DNA of 64,000 nt from Escherichia phage teqdroes. Of the stretch, positions 50,295-59,636 are shown piece after piece. Position numbers and translations under genes: made by a program. The stretch lies in sequence record NC_054932.1, one strand, 5' to 3'. The number at the start of each line of letters is the position of its first letter. Positions within the stretch are counted from its first letter, which is position 1. Under the pieces are notes generated by a model. That model did not search any database. It was not told the origin of the DNA and saw nothing but the letters and a program-made list of their open reading frames with translations.

Positions 50295-50768
50295 ATGAAA
50301 TCATATGCTCAATTTTTAAATGAAGCGGTGTTAAATGAAGCATCTAGCACCGAAATTCAAGCTGTCGCAAAAGCAGCCATTGCCGCGGGTAAATATTCCT
50401 ATAAAGATGCTTCCGATGAATCACGATTCCAATTTGCTCGTGATATGAAAGCCGAAGGATTTACAGGGAATGCAGTTAGTATGGCCTGGAAAAGTTTAGT
50501 TGCTACTGGCGCTGCTTTTGCAAAGGCTTCAGGTAAACCTGCTCCTAAAGCAGATCCTAAAGCTACACAAGAAAAAAATATTGTTAAAGGAATTATCTCC
50601 AAATATGAAGCTATCCTTAAAGAGCTTTTAGTAATCAAAACTGAAGGTCAAAAGTTAGCTCGTGCTTATAGTTTCAAAGATAACCCACATGCTCACTCTC
50701 TTGAGTATGTTGAAGACATCCAAAAAATTATTAAAGACCGCATTTGGTCTGCTAAACAAATCAAATAA
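50295..50768 (+). CDS. internal-protein-like protein (157 aa) with capsid-targeting-like N-terminus MKSYAQFLNEA
   Basis: N-terminus resembles the T4 internal-protein targeting sequence with L-x-E sites; bracketed by homologous terminators. Confidence 0.5.
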   Translation: MKSYAQFLNEAVLNEASSTEIQAVAKAAIAAGKYSYKDASDESRFQFARDMKAEGFTGNAVSMAWKSLVATGAAFAKASGKPAPKADPKATQEKNIVKGIISKYEAILKELLVIKTEGQKLARAYSFKDNPHAHSLEYVEDIQKIIKDRIWSAKQIK

Positions 50769-50775
50769 CATTCTT

Positions 50776-50803
50776 AGTCCCAACCGAAAGGTTGGGACTT
50801 TTT
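50776..50803 (+). terminator. rho-independent terminator AGTCCCAACC-GAAA-GGTTGGGACT plus T-run
   Basis: Homologous to the 50221 terminator with compensatory stem changes. Confidence 0.65.
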
Positions 50804-50936
50804 GGTATCTAGGCCTTTCTGGGCCTCTCTAGGCATCATTTAGTTTCTACCCTTTATAATATATTATCCTATCTTTTAATTGCCCCTCCTGACCCTAGAA
50901 TTCCCTAAAACTTTTTAAAAATTTTTTCACAAAACT

Positions 50937-50968
50937 GTTTACATCCCTTTTCTTCCATGGTACTATAC
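50937..50968 (+). promoter_or_regulatory. early promoter (GTTTAC ... TGGTACTATAC)
   Basis: Read from sequence. Confidence 0.5.
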
Positions 50969-51009
50969 AACTATCAACTACTGATACAGAAAACAACTCG
51001 GAGAACGAA

Positions 51010-51273
51010 ATGGATAATTACGGCGAACTGTTCAACTTCTTTATGAAATGTGTTTCAGAAGATTTCGGTCGTACAGTGAATGATATTAAAGTTATCGGTC
51101 CTGATCATCCGATGTTTGAAACTTATGCGGTAATGGGCAATGAAGACGGTCAGTGGTATACTGTAAAGGTTGTGATTAACATGTTCACTGCTGAAAGTTA
51201 TGTTAAACTGTCTTCTAAAGTTTACCATGATAACGACGAAATCGCAGAAGAATATTTCAATAATATGAAATAA
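51010..51273 (+). CDS. hypothetical protein
   Basis: 87-aa ORF. Confidence 0.5.
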   Translation: MDNYGELFNFFMKCVSEDFGRTVNDIKVIGPDHPMFETYAVMGNEDGQWYTVKVVINMFTAESYVKLSSKVYHDNDEIAEEYFNNMK

Positions 51274-51312
51274 GTTTACATAGGCTCATGATTGAGATAT
51301 TATGAGCCTATA
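51274..51312 (+). promoter_or_regulatory. early promoter with the -10 in the loop of a perfect 10-bp hairpin (ATAGGCTCAT...ATGAGCCTAT)
   Basis: Read from sequence. Confidence 0.55.
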
Positions 51313-51329
51313 CAAATGAGGAAAACATT

Positions 51330-51665
51330 ATGAAACGTAACTTTAGTAAAGCTTTTTGTAATAGAAATAATTATCCTGAAGAGCTTTTTGAATCTAAGGA
51401 CTTTAAAGAGTTTAACGAACGTTCTCAAAACATGCCTGTACAATGGGTGTTAGATTATGCCAAACGTATCTTTGAAGGCGTGCGGGATATTTGTCCTGAT
51501 GATGAAGCTCCTTATTTTAAAAAGGCTTGGGAACTCGCCAACCAAGCATATATCAATGCTTTAGAATCTTCTAAAGGTACTGACGATGATTTTATTTTAT
51601 TAGCTATCAATGATGCCGTTATTGAGGCCATCAACGTCTTTATCGACGAGCTAGACGAAGAATAA
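51330..51665 (+). CDS. hypothetical protein
   Basis: 111-aa ORF. Confidence 0.5.
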   Translation: MKRNFSKAFCNRNNYPEELFESKDFKEFNERSQNMPVQWVLDYAKRIFEGVRDICPDDEAPYFKKAWELANQAYINALESSKGTDDDFILLAINDAVIEAINVFIDELDEE

Positions 51666-51696
51666 GTTTACAATCTATTAAAACGTGATATTATCT
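51666..51696 (+). promoter_or_regulatory. early promoter (GTTTAC ... GTGATATTAT)
   Basis: Read from sequence. Confidence 0.5.
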
Positions 51697-51721
51697 AATT
51701 ATACCAACCTAAGGAAATACT

Positions 51722-52315
51722 ATGAACACACTGAAGAAAATTGTTGAGTTTATTCGCACTAAACTTGGTTCTGCTATGGCTAAAAATCTATCTGTTGAAG
51801 AACAGTATACTGCTGCAGCAGCAAAACTACTTGATAAGATTAAAGATCTAAAAACTGCTTCTGTTAAATCTATTAATGAAGAAAAGCGTATTCGTGAACT
51901 TATTGTCGAAAAGAATAAGCAGGCCGAATCAAAAGAGCGTGAAATTCGCAAGCTTCTTTCGGAAGGTCAAGATGTAACAATGCATGCTAAACTTGGTTTA
52001 CTATATCGTCGAACAGCTGAGCAGTTGACTACTAAAGCTGATGGTTATGCTGAAATGCGAATTGAAATCGCCAAGAAAGTAGTTGAGTTAGATGATGCTC
52101 GCCAAGAACTTGCAGTTAAATTGGAATATATCCGTGAAACTCGCGCCGCGAATGCCCTCGGAATTAGTACTGCCGATGATGTAGTTGAAATTGCAGCACT
52201 GACTAAGGTTGATATTGAAGATACTCTTGCTCGAGTTGAAACCTTTAATGGTAATATTTCTGGGGTTGAAACTACCTCTGCCGATGTTCAGGAATATATT
52301 AATTCTCTGAAATAA
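51722..52315 (+). CDS. hypothetical coiled-coil protein
   Basis: 197-aa helical ORF followed by a GGGGC-UUCG-GCCCC hairpin. Confidence 0.5.
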
Positions 52316-52356
52316 TGATAAGGGGCTTCGGCCCCTATTACTTGGAGTAAATAGGA

Positions 52357-52965
52357 ATGAAAATGCAAAGTGATTTCAATTCAATGTTTGAAGAATTCCA
52401 AAGACAAGTTGATGTTCCAGACCAATTATTAAATGCTCTTAAACGTATGGCAGAAGGACGTAATTATTATTGGGGTTCTTCATATGAAACTGATGAAAGT
52501 CTTTCTGGAAGATTTTCTAGAGGTAAAAAGTCTTTAATACGTCCTGGAATACTTATTAACAGTATTGAATCAATTCATTCATTGACATGTGATTTTGATG
52601 TTGAATTTACTGATTTCATTTCTCCTGAATGGTCAGTTTGTTATTTAAACGACGATTTTGATTATCTCGGTGTTTATAGTTTAAGTGATGCATGGTTTAA
52701 ACGTAATTTACAAAAGTCAAATTTATTTTATATTGATACTACTGTAAAATTTCGGGGCAAGAAATATTTCTTTACTCTTATAGTTGATTCTGAAACTAAG
52801 CATGAAAATAAGCGTATTCTTAGTAAAAAGAATATCTTAACTATTGTTGATGATCTTTTTGATAAATTCGTGGAAAATCCTAGTTTTGAAAGCGATTTAT
52901 TACTAGAAAAATTTGTTAAGGAATGTAGAGAATATGTCAAAGCCATCAATGTATCTTCCAAGTAA
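52357..52965 (+). CDS. hypothetical protein, first member of the coupled tandem array
   Basis: 202-aa ORF; C-terminus FVKECREYV carries the shared junction motif. Confidence 0.5.
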   Translation: MKMQSDFNSMFEEFQRQVDVPDQLLNALKRMAEGRNYYWGSSYETDESLSGRFSRGKKSLIRPGILINSIESIHSLTCDFDVEFTDFISPEWSVCYLNDDFDYLGVYSLSDAWFKRNLQKSNLFYIDTTVKFRGKKYFFTLIVDSETKHENKRILSKKNILTIVDDLFDKFVENPSFESDLLLEKFVKECREYVKAINVSSK

Positions 52966-53326
52966 ACCCTTAAAGTATGAATTAAAGCGCCAGCTAATTT
53001 CTACTGATGTATTAATAGGTCCTGTAATAGCTGTATCATTTGTAATTCTACTGGGGGTTGGAATAGTTATAGATGTTATGACTGATATTGAATCTAATAT
53101 AATATTTGCGTCAACATTAATTCTTCCAATGATAGTTCCATTTTTATTAATACCTGTAAATTGGGTAGGATACTGGTATCAAGGAAGGCATTATCGTAAA
53201 CGCGTACGTGATTGGAAAGCACAGTGTAAAAAGATTAAAAAGGAACATCAGCTTAAACTTGCTGCGTATGAATTTGATGAAATTATGAAATTTGTTAAGG
53301 AATCACGATGCAAAAGCCAAAACTAA
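52934..53326 (+). CDS. predicted membrane protein (two transmembrane segments)
   Basis: ATG 52934 after AAGGAA; track ORF begins upstream at TTG; overlaps the previous ORF end. Confidence 0.5.
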   Translation: MSKPSMYLPSKPLKYELKRQLISTDVLIGPVIAVSFVILLGVGIVIDVMTDIESNIIFASTLILPMIVPFLLIPVNWVGYWYQGRHYRKRVRDWKAQCKKIKKEHQLKLAAYEFDEIMKFVKESRCKSQN

Positions 53327-53670
53327 ATAAAGTCAAATATTCGCTTCCTGAGTCATTTTTAATTTTTGCTGTGGCGTTGGCTGCAGCTCTTGCGGGTAGT
53401 CTTTTTGGATTGTTAATTGACTGTCTTATTTTAAACATTGACGGCACAGTAAATATAATAGAAGTTTGGAGTGAACTTCACTATACTAAAATTATTTCAT
53501 TATTTTCATTCTTTGGTACCATGTTATATTTTCATTATGATAATTTTAAAATAAATTGGCAAAGAAAAAAAGATTACAAAATACAATTAAAGGAATATAA
53601 TAGCTACATGTCTTATATTGAAAAAGAATCAATGGAAGAGTTTGTGAGTGATTGCAGGAAAATCAAATGA
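53308..53670 (+). CDS. predicted membrane protein
   Basis: 120-aa ORF with hydrophobic core; C-terminus DCRKIK. Confidence 0.5.
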   Translation: MQKPKLNKVKYSLPESFLIFAVALAAALAGSLFGLLIDCLILNIDGTVNIIEVWSELHYTKIISLFSFFGTMLYFHYDNFKINWQRKKDYKIQLKEYNSYMSYIEKESMEEFVSDCRKIK

Positions 53671-54155
53671 TTTTAAAAACTCGCTGGTATGATTTAGATG
53701 ACGGGGATGATGGCATTTCAGTTGATAGAGTTGACTGGAATGGCTGTTCCGAAGATATGAAAAATTTGCTGATTAGGGAGTTTAGAATGGGATATCAACC
53801 AGTTAAGCCATCTACTGCAACAGATGATAAATTCGTGTGTATTCATAATGGTCGCGCTAAATTAACGAACGCTGATTGGTTCACAGATAAAATTATGATT
53901 CTGTGGTACATTATTAGTTTTCCTGTGACATCATTTGTATTTTGCTTCTTTGGAGAAAGTCCAGTAGACAGAACGGGAGATTGGATTATTTTAACCATAC
54001 TTGTTAATATTTTTACAGCAGCAATACTATCTGGGATATGGTACACGTTCATTGAAATGCCATGGCGTTTACGCAGACAACAAAAGATTTTTGATGAAAA
54101 GAAATATACCCAAAATTTAAATAGCTTTATCACTGAATGCAGGAAATTAAAATGA
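53667..54155 (+). CDS. predicted membrane protein
   Basis: ATG overlaps the previous stop (ATGA); C-terminus ECRKLK. Confidence 0.5.
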   Translation: MILKTRWYDLDDGDDGISVDRVDWNGCSEDMKNLLIREFRMGYQPVKPSTATDDKFVCIHNGRAKLTNADWFTDKIMILWYIISFPVTSFVFCFFGESPVDRTGDWIILTILVNIFTAAILSGIWYTFIEMPWRLRRQQKIFDEKKYTQNLNSFITECRKLK

Positions 54156-54592
54156 AAACATTATCAGCTGGTATTATCTTTATGACAGAAGATAAAGATT
54201 TATTTATGGGTCGGGTTACTGGTTCTCGTAAGCCTGGAATGATGGCACATCGCTGGGATATTCCAAAAGGTCGTGTAGAATGTTCTGATTTGAGCGCATT
54301 AGATGCAGCACGAAGAGAATGTTTAGAAGAGACCGGTTTTAGCAATTATAATCCAGACCTTCTAGAAGACCTAGGTGTATTTAAATATTCTAGTAATAAA
54401 GACTTACAGTTATTTTATTATACGATTCCAGTAGAGCATGAGATGTTCAGAAATTGCCATTGCGAGTCTTATTTTGAAAATAAAGATGGCGTTATGATTC
54501 CAGAGATGGACGCTTTTGCTCTTATTCCTCGTACTCAGTGGCAATATGTGATGGGTCCTTCACTTTACCGAATAATGAACAACCTCTTTTAA
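54137..54592 (+). CDS. nudE: Nudix hydrolase NudE
   Basis: Nudix box GRVECSDLSALDAARRECLEETGF; alternative start at 54152 (ATGA overlap). Confidence 0.8.
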   Translation: MQEIKMKTLSAGIIFMTEDKDLFMGRVTGSRKPGMMAHRWDIPKGRVECSDLSALDAARRECLEETGFSNYNPDLLEDLGVFKYSSNKDLQLFYYTIPVEHEMFRNCHCESYFENKDGVMIPEMDAFALIPRTQWQYVMGPSLYRIMNNLF

Positions 54593-55123
<531 letters not shown>

Positions 55124-55126
55124 AGT

Positions 55127-55163
55127 TGTTTACTTTCTCCTAGAATTGTGATAGTATATTCAC
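55127..55163 (+). promoter_or_regulatory. early promoter with the -10 in a TGTGA/TCACA stem-loop
   Basis: GTTTAC then TGTGATAGTATAT. Confidence 0.5.
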
Positions 55164-55182
55164 AGTTACTTGGAGGGATAAA

Positions 55183-55599
55183 ATGACTCGTATTAATTTG
55201 ACTTTAGTATCTGAACTTGCTGATCAACATTTAATCGCAGAATACCGTGAATTGCCGCGTGTTTTTGGTATAGTTCGTAAGCATGTGGCAAACGGTAAGC
55301 GCGTTAAAGATTTTAAAATATCTTCTAAATTTATTTTAGGTTCTGGTCATGTTACTTTCTTTTACGATAAGTTAGAATTTTTGCGAAAGCGTCAATCGGA
55401 CATTATAACGGAATGCTTAAAACGCGGGTTCAGTATAAAAGATACTGAAGTTCCTGACATCAGCGATATTCCAGTAGAATGGAAAAATGATTATAATCCA
55501 TGCAAATCAGCTATTAAATTGAGTCAACAACGACTTGATGAAAAAATTTTAATGAAACCACATTGGTATAAGTATTACGGTAAAAATATTTACATTTAA
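55183..55599 (+). CDS. denV: endonuclease V, pyrimidine-dimer DNA glycosylase
   Basis: 138 aa, [17 protein letters not shown]...; recognised as T4 DenV-like. Confidence 0.9.
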   Translation: MTRINLTLVSELADQHLIAEYRELPRVFGIVRKHVANGKRVKDFKISSKFILGSGHVTFFYDKLEFLRKRQSDIITECLKRGFSIKDTEVPDISDIPVEWKNDYNPCKSAIKLSQQRLDEKILMKPHWYKYYGKNIYI

Positions 55600-55608
55600 A
55601 GGAAACAT

Positions 55609-56082
55609 ATGAAAACATATCAAGAATTTATCACTGAAGCAGCTATTAATTCTCAAATTATTGCTGAATCTTTTACTGATCTTTTGAAATTTAAAAAAGG
55701 TCAAAAAATCACTGCTGTATTGGATGATGGTACAGAAGTTGAGATGGATGTACAGGGATATAATTATGCAGTAGATGGAAAACTGTATAATAAATCTCAT
55801 GCTAAATTTGATTCATTTGACGACTTTGTTAATACAGTTGAAGATGAAAAAACTCGTAGATCCATTGCAACTGGTGATGCTAAGGTTCTTATGGCACATG
55901 GTCATGAACGCATTCGCGCTAAACAGAATAAAATGGGTGAAGATAATTTTGCATTAGTTGGTTATCAATCTGGTAAACAAACTTATGGCTATCAACGTAC
56001 TGCTACCATGTATAACAAAAATGGTAAAATTGCCTTTGTGAATAGTAAAGGTTCTATTCAGTACGTTAAATCGTTCAAATAA
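55609..56082 (+). CDS. internal-protein-like protein (157 aa) with canonical capsid-targeting N-terminus MKTYQEFITEA
   Basis: N-terminal 11 residues match the T4 internal-protein targeting sequence; AAGGA ribosome-binding site. Confidence 0.6.
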   Translation: MKTYQEFITEAAINSQIIAESFTDLLKFKKGQKITAVLDDGTEVEMDVQGYNYAVDGKLYNKSHAKFDSFDDFVNTVEDEKTRRSIATGDAKVLMAHGHERIRAKQNKMGEDNFALVGYQSGKQTYGYQRTATMYNKNGKIAFVNSKGSIQYVKSFK

Positions 56083-56187
56083 GCAAATAAGAAATATGGG
56101 AACAACCTGGACCTCATGATTCTGTGAGGGATTCCCGCCAACCTGTAATAAGGTCGAGCCTGAGCGCGGTAATGGGTAAATACAGAA

Positions 56188-56775
56188 ATGGAAAATTCAT
56201 GCGCCATGGAATGGCCCAAATTTAGAGATAACAAAATGAGAACATTTTTAACTGGTCCTTATCTATCCCTGATGAATGCTTTTACACACCATTCTGATGC
56301 TAGAGTAGAAGAAATTTGTAAAAACGATTATATCCCACCATTTGAAGACTTACTCAAGCAGTATTGCACACTTCGATTAGATGGTGGCAGACAATCCGGT
56401 AAATCAACTGCTGTGACTAACTTTGCTGCTAATTGGCTGTATGATGGTGGAACAGTTATTGTTCTTTCTAATACTTCAGCTTACGCTAAAATTTCTGCAG
56501 GCCACATTAAAAAAGAATTTTCTCGTTATTCTGGCGATGATATTCGATTCCGCTTATTTACCGATTCTGTCCGTAGTTTTATCGGTAATAAAGGAAGCAA
56601 GTTCAGAGGTTTATCGCTTTCGCGGATTTTGTATATAATCGATGAGCCTGTTAAATCTCCTGATATGGATAAAATTTACGATATTCATATTGAAACTGTG
56701 CACCACTGTTGCAATAGTAAATGCTGCATTGGTGGTATTACTCGTCCACAGTTTTTCATAATCGGAATGCAATGA
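56188..56775 (+). CDS. hypothetical P-loop protein (vs.8 position)
   Basis: 195-aa ORF with Walker A-like GGRQSGKST. Confidence 0.5.
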   Translation: MENSCAMEWPKFRDNKMRTFLTGPYLSLMNAFTHHSDARVEEICKNDYIPPFEDLLKQYCTLRLDGGRQSGKSTAVTNFAANWLYDGGTVIVLSNTSAYAKISAGHIKKEFSRYSGDDIRFRLFTDSVRSFIGNKGSKFRGLSLSRILYIIDEPVKSPDMDKIYDIHIETVHHCCNSKCCIGGITRPQFFIIGMQ

Positions 56776-57101
56776 TGACAGACACACAGCTTTTCGAATA
56801 TCTTTATTTTTCGCCAAAAACTATTAAAAATAAATTGGTGAATCATTTTGAAATTTTGGCAAATAATAACGTCTTGAGCGAATTTTATCCTAAGCAATAC
56901 AAATTACAAAAAGGCGTATTCAAAGGATGCAGAGTTTTGTGCACTGCTCCTAATGCAAGATTAATGAATAAAATTCCATATTTTACCATGGAATTTATTG
57001 ATGGACCTTTTAAAGGACTAATCACCCAAAGTTTAATGGCATATGATTCTGAGCCATTTTTAATTAAAGAACAGTCTTGGATAAATTTATTTTCTAATTG
57101 A
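56772..57101 (+). CDS. hypothetical protein (vs.7 position)
   Basis: Start MMTDTQ overlaps the upstream stop; track ORF extends upstream. Confidence 0.45.
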   Translation: MMTDTQLFEYLYFSPKTIKNKLVNHFEILANNNVLSEFYPKQYKLQKGVFKGCRVLCTAPNARLMNKIPYFTMEFIDGPFKGLITQSLMAYDSEPFLIKEQSWINLFSN

Positions 57102-57107
57102 GGTTAT

Positions 57108-57470
57108 ATGAAAGCATATCAAATTCTTGAAGGCACACATAAAGGTACTATTTATTTTGAAGATGGTATTCAAGCACGAATTATTGTCTCCAAAACCTTT
57201 AAAGAGGACTCTTTTGTAGACCCAGAAATTTTCTACGGTTTGCATGCCCGTGAAATTAAAATTGAACCACAGCCTACAGTTAAAATCGAGGGTGGTCAAC
57301 ACCTGAACGTTAACGTTCTGCGTCGTGAAACTCTGGAAGATGCAGTTAAGCATCCGGAAAAATATCCGCAGCTGACCATCCGTGTATCCGGTTATGCAGT
57401 TCGCTTTAACTCTCTGACTCCGGAACAGCAGCGCGACGTTATTGCTCGTACCTTTACTGAGAGTTTGTAA
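57108..57470 (+). CDS. hypothetical protein (vs.6 position)
   Basis: 120-aa ORF. Confidence 0.5.
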   Translation: MKAYQILEGTHKGTIYFEDGIQARIIVSKTFKEDSFVDPEIFYGLHAREIKIEPQPTVKIEGGQHLNVNVLRRETLEDAVKHPEKYPQLTIRVSGYAVRFNSLTPEQQRDVIARTFTESL

Positions 57471-57691
57471 TGGCAAAGATAATTATTGAAGGTTCTAAAG
57501 ATGTGCTAAATGCTTTCGCTGAGTGGTTTAGTAATTCAGGCGAACAGCAATTTAACGAAGCGTGGAATATGGGTGATATTGATGGAATTTATCCTACGAC
57601 AGAAATTTCTGTTCAGGGATATGGCATTCATGAACCTATTCGTTTAGTTGAATATGATTTATGTACTGGTGAGGAAGTCAAATATGATTGA
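57470..57691 (+). CDS. hypothetical protein (vs.5 position)
   Basis: 73-aa ORF. Confidence 0.5.
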   Translation: MAKIIIEGSKDVLNAFAEWFSNSGEQQFNEAWNMGDIDGIYPTTEISVQGYGIHEPIRLVEYDLCTGEEVKYD

Positions 57692-57950
57692 AGATATTAA
57701 GGGTTATAAGCCGCATACTGAAGAGAAAATCGGTAAAGTGAATGCTATCAAAGACGCTGAAGTTCGTTTAGGACTTATCTTTGACGCTTTATACGATGAA
57801 TTTTGGGAAGCATTTGATAGCTGTGAAGATGATGAACTCGCGAAGAATTATGCTGAAAGCCTCGATCAGTTAACTATTGCTAAAACGAAACTCAAAGAAG
57901 CCAGTATGTGGGCTTGTCGTGCAGTGTTCCAACCAGAGGAAAAATACTAA
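57684..57950 (+). CDS. small helical protein at the vs.4 position; candidate Acb2-type cyclic-oligonucleotide sponge
   Basis: ATG 57684 after GAGGAAG; about 88 aa; assignment by position only (fourth ORF upstream of regB). Confidence 0.4.
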   Translation: MIEDIKGYKPHTEEKIGKVNAIKDAEVRLGLIFDALYDEFWEAFDSCEDDELAKNYAESLDQLTIAKTKLKEASMWACRAVFQPEEKY

Positions 57951-58228
57951 TGGCTCAATTAAGTGCAGGGTTTGGTTATGAGTATTATACTGCACCTCGT
58001 CGTGTATCTGCCGCTCCTAAGAAAATTCAAAGTCTTGATGACTTCCAGGAAGTAGTCCGTAAAGCTTTTCAGGACTATGCACGTTATCTTAAAGAAGATT
58101 CACAGGACTGTCTCGAAGAAGATGAAATTGCTTACTATGAACAGCGTCTTGAACAGCTTAAAAACTTACATGAGGTTCGTGCAGAAGTTTCAAAGTCTAT
58201 GAATAAATTGATTAGATTTAAAGAATAA
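57950..58228 (+). CDS. hypothetical protein (vs.3 position)
   Basis: ATG overlaps the previous stop (TAATG); about 92 aa. Confidence 0.45.
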   Translation: MAQLSAGFGYEYYTAPRRVSAAPKKIQSLDDFQEVVRKAFQDYARYLKEDSQDCLEEDEIAYYEQRLEQLKNLHEVRAEVSKSMNKLIRFKE

Positions 58229-58230
58229 CT

Positions 58231-58260
58231 GTTTACTTTTCCTCTTGACTGTGGTATAAT
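58231..58260 (+). promoter_or_regulatory. early promoter (GTTTAC ... TGTGGTATAAT)
   Basis: Near-consensus extended -10. Confidence 0.6.
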
Positions 58261-58287
58261 TTTTCTATCAGTTAAGAGGAGAATAAC

Positions 58288-58749
58288 ATGACTATCAATA
58301 CAGAAGTTTTTATCCGTCGAAATAAGCTTCGTCGTCACTTTGAGTCGGAGTTTCGTCAAATTAACAATGAGATTCGTGAGGCATCAAAAGCAGCAGGGGT
58401 CTCATCGTTTCATCTAAAATATTCTCAGCATCTTCTTGATCGTGCAATTCAACGGGAGATTGATGAGACATATGTTTTTGAATTATTCCATAAAATAAAA
58501 GACCATGTTTTAGAAGTTAATGAATTCCTGAGTATGCCTCCGCGTCCTGACATTGACGAGGATTTTATTGATGGGGTTGAATATCGTCCTGGACGTTTAG
58601 AAATCACAGATGGAAATCTTTGGCTTGGATTTACAGTTTGTAAGCCTAATGAGAAGTTCAAAAACCCGTCACTTCAATGCAGGATGGCAATTATCAACAG
58701 TCGTCGTTTACCAGGAAAGGCTTCTAAAGCAGTAATTAAAACTCAATGA
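58288..58749 (+). CDS. regB: site-specific endoribonuclease RegB
   Basis: 153 aa, MTINTEVFIRRNKLRRHFESEF...; recognised as T4 RegB-like; synteny. Confidence 0.85.
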   Translation: MTINTEVFIRRNKLRRHFESEFRQINNEIREASKAAGVSSFHLKYSQHLLDRAIQREIDETYVFELFHKIKDHVLEVNEFLSMPPRPDIDEDFIDGVEYRPGRLEITDGNLWLGFTVCKPNEKFKNPSLQCRMAIINSRRLPGKASKAVIKTQ

Positions 58750-58756
58750 GGTAAGC

Positions 58757-59302
58757 ATGAGAAAAGCACTACTCGCTGGTCTATTGGCCATTTCAATGAT
58801 GGCACATAGCTCCGAGCATACTTTCAGTAATGTCCAACTCGATAACATGCGTTACGCGTATCAATTCGGGGAACAATTTTCTAAGGATGGAAAATATAAA
58901 ACATACAAAAATATCCACAAGAGCGGATTAGGTCATATAATGGCAGCCATTTTATGGCAAGAAAGCTCTGGCGGAGTTAATTTAAAATCTAAACCAAAGC
59001 ATCACGCCTACGGAATGTTCCAAAATTATTTGCCTACTATGCGAGCAAGAGTTAAGGAACTTGGTTATAATATGACCGATGCTGAAATAAAAAGAATGTT
59101 GAATAAACGATCCAATTCAGCTTCCTGGGCGTACATTGAGCTTTCTTATTGGTTAAATATACATAAGGGCGATATAAGAAAAGCAATATCCTCTTATAAT
59201 TCGGGATGGAATGTTAAAGCAGGTTCTAAATATGCTTCTGAAGTCCTAGAAAAGGCTAATTACCTTAAAAATAATAAACTTTTGGAAATAGTAAATGACT
59301 AA
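58757..59302 (+). CDS. predicted secreted/periplasmic protein (vs.1 position)
   Basis: 181-aa ORF with N-terminal signal-peptide-like MRKALLAGLLAISMMAHS. Confidence 0.5.
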   Translation: MRKALLAGLLAISMMAHSSEHTFSNVQLDNMRYAYQFGEQFSKDGKYKTYKNIHKSGLGHIMAAILWQESSGGVNLKSKPKHHAYGMFQNYLPTMRARVKELGYNMTDAEIKRMLNKRSNSASWAYIELSYWLNIHKGDIRKAISSYNSGWNVKAGSKYASEVLEKANYLKNNKLLEIVND

Positions 59303-59636
59303 AATTTTGGTTTTATGTATAGGATTAATTTCATTTTCTGCGTTAGCAGATACATCATATACTGAAATTAGAGAGTATGTAAACCGTACTGCAGCGGATT
59401 ATTGTGGGAAAAATAAAGCATGCCAAGCTGAATTTGCGCAGAAATTAATATATGCATATAAAGACGGAGAAAGAGATAAATCAAGCAGATACAAAAACGA
59501 TACATTGTTAAAACGATATGCTAAAAAGTGGAATACCTTAGAATGTTCAGTTGCGGAGGAGAAAGATAAAGCCGCTTGTCATTCAATGGTTGACCGTTTA
59601 GTAGATTCTTATAATCGAGGATTGAGTACTAGATGA
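59295..59636 (+). CDS. predicted secreted protein (vs position)
   Basis: 113-aa ORF with signal-peptide-like MTKILVLCIGLISFSALA. Confidence 0.45.
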   Translation: MTKILVLCIGLISFSALADTSYTEIREYVNRTAADYCGKNKACQAEFAQKLIYAYKDGERDKSSRYKNDTLLKRYAKKWNTLECSVAEEKDKAACHSMVDRLVDSYNRGLSTR

